A DNA stretch of 64,000 nt from Centroscyllium fabricii. Lineage: Eukaryota. Below, one piece after another: positions 59,701 through 64,000 of this stretch (positions within the stretch are counted from its first letter, which is position 1; every line of letters starts with the position of its first letter). The DNA is taken from contig JBNRSN020000007.1 of NCBI GenBank assembly GCA_051313645.2, positions 98,766,001 to 98,830,000 of the forward strand, written 5' to 3'. The notes below the pieces were generated by a model that saw only the letters and a list, made by a program, of their open reading frames with translations, had not been told where the DNA came from and ran no database searches. The translations under genes and the position numbers were made by a program.

Positions 59701-62700
59701 TGTAAGGGATCGGTTTAGGACCCAAACGCAGAAACACCGGAAGTCCGTAAACAGACACAAAATACCTTTATTCCCAGGACAAAATCTATATATATATATA
59801 TATAACGATATGATAACCACAGTGTAATAAACAATGAATGAATATAGTCAATCACAAAGAAAGCAATAGTCCAATGTCCCGAGAGCCGGTAAGCAGGAGC
59901 TCAACAATCCAAACCCTAAGTGTTGGTAGTTGAAAAGCAAGGCCCAAAATCTGGTGCAGAAGTACTTCCAGTCCCAACAGTCCAGGGAAGATGGCTCCTG
60001 TTGTGAACACAGCAAGTAATCCAACTTGACCGAAACAGGTAGTCCAAAAGCAAACTCGAATAGAAACTTAACAGTAATATATAACAAAATAACAGGATGA
60101 AGAAAACAATAGAACACTCTTACTCTCACAGCACCAGAAACCAAAACGAACTGGCAATGAACAGGTGAAGACTGGAGGCTAATAACCCTCTCCAGCTAAT
60201 TGTATAATAGGGGCTAACCAATCCAGAGAAGGACATGATAATTGGAGTAACGACTCAATAAACTGAAAAGAACCCCTATGAACTTAAAGGGACAGTCCCA
60301 AAACCCTAAAGAAACCTCTATAAACTAAAAGGGACAGTCCACCCCATGACAGAACCCCCCCCTCAAGGGGGCGACTCCTGACGTCCCAAAGCCTCAAATG
60401 CCGGATCAGGCGGGTAAAGAAGTGTGGAGGGGAACCAATAGTCCTCGAAACACTCCTCTATGTCCGTCTCGTAATCTGACTGAGAAGAATCCTCTTCGTC
60501 TGCAGATTCCCACTCATCATCAGGTTCCTCCTCCTTGGTCAGGCTCTCCTGTAACTGAATGGCTCCGATGACTTGCCTAGATCTCTCAAGAGTCGAAGTC
60601 TCCTTGTCTGGCTGATCGAGGTGGCTCGAATGGGAGTCGCTAATGGGTTGCGTTTCCCCTATATCTTGAGTAGGACACGAAAACCTCTCCGCTGGGTCAA
60701 ACTCCCTCTGCCCAACCTGTCTCTCTGGAGACCCAGAACGACTATAGTTGGCAGCAGGCGGGTCTTGGTCCGTCGCGCGAAGGCCAGAAATCTGAGCCCG
60801 TCTCAGACAGCCCTGGTGACAGGAAAGGTTCCAGCCCAGAATATCTCCAGTGTTCCAATCAATGTGCGGGTTGTGGCGACGAAGCCAAGCGTGTCCAAGA
60901 ATCAACGGAATCTGTGGTGATCGTAAAATGTGGAACTGGATACTCTCCTGATGGTCTCCAGACATCAGCATCAGCACAGGTGAGGTCTGGTGTGTCACCG
61001 TTCCCAAAATATGACCATCAAGGGCATGGACAGGATACGACTGTGGTAGTGGCTCCTGGTCAATCCCCAGTTGCGTGACCAGATCCTCATCAATTATATT
61101 CATGTCCGCTCCAGAGTCAATACATATAATGATGCTCTGGGATCCCCTGGGGAGAAGAAATCTTGCTTGACACAAGGGTCGTGGGTTGGAAGAGAAGCCA
61201 TCAGGAGCTCGGCTCATCATAACGACTCCATTGGTAGGTGAGTGCGGTCCCTTATACCTTGCTGGCCGAAACCCGGTGCGGCCCAACTGCATAGGCTCAG
61301 GACCCCCTGGCTCTACCCCTGCTGCAACCGTCTCTCTGGATGGCCCGAATCTTCCTTGGTTGCGACCCCATTGCATTGATTCGGGGGCCACTCGCTCAGG
61401 CCTAGCAGTCGCAGTCCCCCTGGGTGTCATGAATACCTCTGGAGTTTGACTAGGAGGATGTCGACCAGACCCTCCCAGACGTCTCTCACGTCGACGCGCC
61501 TGGATGCGAAGATCGATCCGGGTGGTCAGATAAATGAGTTCATCTAGGGTGGGAGGAAGGTCGTAGGAGACTAGGTCATCCTTGATATACTCGGACAGGC
61601 CATGAATAAACACCTCCCTTAAAGCGGCCTGATTCCACTCACTCCGACGAGCCCTGATACGAAAATCTATAGCGTAATTCGCCACCGTATCGTTTCCCTG
61701 GCTTAGACTCATGAGTCCCTGGGCTGCTTCAGAGTCGAATCTCACCCTGCCAAACACCCTTCTCAATTCAGTGGAGAACGCCTCGAAAGAAAAACAAGCC
61801 TGAGTATTTCTCTCCCACTCGGCGGTTCCCCAAAGCCGGGCTCTATCCGTGAGGTGATTAATTACGAAAGCTACTCTTGTCCTCTCATTGGCAAAGGTGT
61901 GGGGCTGTAATGAAAAAAGTATGGAGCAGCTGGTGAGAAAAGGCTCACACTGCTCGGGATCACCGGCATATCGCTCTGGTACCCCGACACGGGGTTCGAG
62001 TGCGGGAGCTATTAGTTGATGCATGGGTGCTAGCCCCCCCTCTGAATCCGTGTGTGGTGGAAGCGAGACCCCTGCCGACTCCGACACTTCCCGCTGGCTC
62101 CAGGCGGTAGTCAACCCCTCTATCTTGGAAATAACTTCCCCCAAGGCCAGACCTTGGTGTGCCAGGGCCCCCTCCACATGTATCAGACGTTTCAGTGCCT
62201 CTGCTGGGTCCATGGTGGCCAGTTCGTTCTGTAAGGGATCGGTTTAGGACCCAAACGCAGAAACACCGGAAGTCCGTAAACAGACACAAAATACCTTTAT
62301 TCCCAGGACAAAATCTATATATATATATATATATAACGATATGATAACCACAGTGTAATAAACAATGAATGAATATAGTCAATCACAAAGAAAGCAATAG
62401 TCCAATGTCCCGAGAGCCGGTAAGCAGGAGCTCAACAATCCAAACCCTAAGTGTTGGTAGTTGAAAAGCAAGGCCCAAAATCTGGTGCAGAAGTACTTCC
62501 AGTCCCAACAGTCCAGGGAAGATGGCTCCTGTTGTGAACACAGCAAGTAATCCAACTTGACCGAAACAGGTAGTCCAAAAGCAAACTCGAATAGAAACTT
62601 AACAGTAATATATAACAAAATAACAGGATGAAGAAAACAATAGAACACTCTTACTCTCACAGCACCAGAAACCAAAACGAACTGGCAATGAACAGGTGAA

Positions 62701-62882
62701 GACTGGAGGCTAATAACCCTCTCCAGCTAATTGTATAATAGGGGCTAACCAATCCAGAGAAGGACATGATAATTGGAGTAACGACTCAATAAACTGAAAA
62801 GAACCCCTATGAACTTAAAGGGACAGTCCCAAAACCCTAAAGAAACCTCTATAAACTAAAAGGGACAGTCCACCCCATGACA
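59701..62882 (-). mobile_element. Element G: non-autonomous sushi-like LTR retrotransposon; LTRs 59701-60351 and 62230-62882
   Basis: Perfect TSD gaaac (59696-59700 / 62883-62887); LTRs look identical except one TA unit; G-run PPT. Confidence 0.95.
60363..62213 (-). CDS. gag-pro: Gag-protease fusion (PEG10/RTL/sushi-like), 616 aa, acidic tail, no RT
   Basis: PERYAGDPEQCEPFL...VAFVINHLTDRARLW capsid region; EPMQLG; protease IDSGAD and ILGHAWLRRHNPHIDW; Kozak gccaccATGG. Confidence 0.9.
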   Translation of the reverse strand: MDPAEALKRLIHVEGALAHQGLALGEVISKIEGLTTAWSQREVSESAGVSLPPHTDSEGGLAPMHQLIAPALEPRVGVPERYAGDPEQCEPFLTSCSILFSLQPHTFANERTRVAFVINHLTDRARLWGTAEWERNTQACFSFEAFSTELRRVFGRVRFDSEAAQGLMSLSQGNDTVANYAIDFRIRARRSEWNQAALREVFIHGLSEYIKDDLVSYDLPPTLDELIYLTTRIDLRIQARRRERRLGGSGRHPPSQTPEVFMTPRGTATARPERVAPESMQWGRNQGRFGPSRETVAAGVEPGGPEPMQLGRTGFRPARYKGPHSPTNGVVMMSRAPDGFSSNPRPLCQARFLLPRGSQSIIICIDSGADMNIIDEDLVTQLGIDQEPLPQSYPVHALDGHILGTVTHQTSPVLMLMSGDHQESIQFHILRSPQIPLILGHAWLRRHNPHIDWNTGDILGWNLSCHQGCLRRAQISGLRATDQDPPAANYSRSGSPERQVGQREFDPAERFSCPTQDIGETQPISDSHSSHLDQPDKETSTLERSRQVIGAIQLQESLTKEEEPDDEWESADEEDSSQSDYETDIEECFEDYWFPSTLLYPPDPAFEALGRQESPP

Positions 62883-63465
62883 GAAACATTAACTCTGTTT
62901 CTCTCTCCACAGATGCTGCCTGACCTGCTGAGTATTTCCAGCGTGTTCTGTTTATATTATAAATAAATATCTGGTTGGGAATGAGTTTAGGATTCTAGTC
63001 TTGGATTAAATACTCATGGGACATGATGGTCCATCATAATTGGAGCTCAGGGTGCATTGGAGATTGAGTGATCGGGTGATCGTATTGTTTGTGGAAGGCA
63101 GCAGGCCAAGGATGAATAGTGAGGATGTGAATGAGAATGAATATTGAATAAGGGTGTTTTCCTTGATTAGTTTTGTGGATCAGGATGTAATTATACTGAA
63201 TGATACCTCAGGAGATTAAATGAATGAGGCAGACACCCTGAATGAGGAATTGCGCATGATCTGTGGAAGAAGTGAGTTTGATGGGCTGAATGCTTTTCTT
63301 TTATTCTGTGCTTTCTTGCGTAACACAATGAACAATAGTGCCGTGAGTGTGGGCTGCAGGCATCTATTTTTTTTATTGTGTGTCAATGTAAAGGAAAATC
63401 ATTTACCTTACACCACAATTGGCAATGTGGAAATGCTGAGACAAGATATAGCCATGTTTCACAGG

Positions 63466-63755
63466 TGACGTATCGTCAATACCTCAGATTAAAAGAGTCG
63501 ACGAGTAGTTACCGAAACGAAAGGCTTTTAATCGCTAAGAACGGAGCTACCCTCCGGAACGAACTTCTGTACAGGAATGAGGAGCCTCAGTCAGTTTCCA
63601 CCTATAAAGGGCCTCACCTGGGGGAGGAGTTAGAGGTGTGGCTGACCTGGCTCCCAACAGTATTACACAGTATACAGGGCTGTGCCTTACATCTGCACAG
63701 CCCATTATTGTCACAATAATACAGTGGTAAACAACTATATACAAGGGTTACCACA
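63466..63755 (-). mobile_element. Solo LTR of the YLDN Gypsy family
   Basis: tgacgtatcgtc...gggttaccaca; perfect TSD acagg (63461-63465 / 63756-63760). Confidence 0.92.
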
Positions 63756-64000
63756 ACAGGTATCCAAGCAAGACTAAAAATCCCCAACTGTTGCCTCACA
63801 TACGTCAAATATCCACTTTTCTTCTAAAGCTCTAGTCTTGCTAGTAAAACCTGGGCAGATTTAGAAATGCTTTGACTGGTTACATGATACTTGTAGATGT
63901 TTTATAACTGGAATCTCTGATATTTCAGGATTAGTTACCCTGTTCCATTATGTTTCTCAATGCATTTCTTGGCAAGTTATTTGCTTATTCTGAATGATTT

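Larger units (their letters stand above)
59637..62955 (+). repeat. Penelope-like repeat with hammerhead core (59637-59700 plus 62883-62955), split by element G
   Basis: CTGACGA-a-aggtc-ttc-gacct-GAAAC | attaactctgtttc. Confidence 0.6.

Noticed and set aside
59848-60144. 98-aa hydrophobic ORF repeated at 62379-62675
   Set aside because: Lies within the T-rich strand of element G LTRs, non-ATG start, no support for coding.

Overview
Eukaryotic, repeat-dense genomic DNA, very probably from a shark or ray (V-SINE/HE1-like SINE with a CR1 tail, CR1 LINEs, DeuSINE-like and Penelope-like repeats). I found no host protein-coding exon I can support. The only cellular gene is an intron-containing tRNA-Leu(CAA) at 34361-34476 (-). 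The first 34 kb consists of two deeply nested transposon stacks, resolved mostly by target-site duplications (TSDs). The main observations are as follows. (1) An 8.6-kb young retrovirus-like element (19768-28322, -) has 1414-bp LTRs, a tRNA-Arg PBS and gag, but no pol. An in-frame non-enzymatic ORF follows the gag TGA. Its class-I F-type envelope carries an immunoglobulin-like domain, and its start codon appears to be spliced in from the LTR. (2) A Gypsy family (5 internal copies, 2 solo LTRs) has RT with YLDN in place of YxDD and no tRNA PBS. Instead, a co-varying 13-15-nt sequence just after the 5' LTR is complementary to the LTR poly(A)-signal region. (3) A gag-protease-only sushi/PEG10-like element with essentially identical LTRs and a Tf1-type self-primer is inserted into a hammerhead-ribozyme core. 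All family assignments are from motif recognition by eye; no searches were run.
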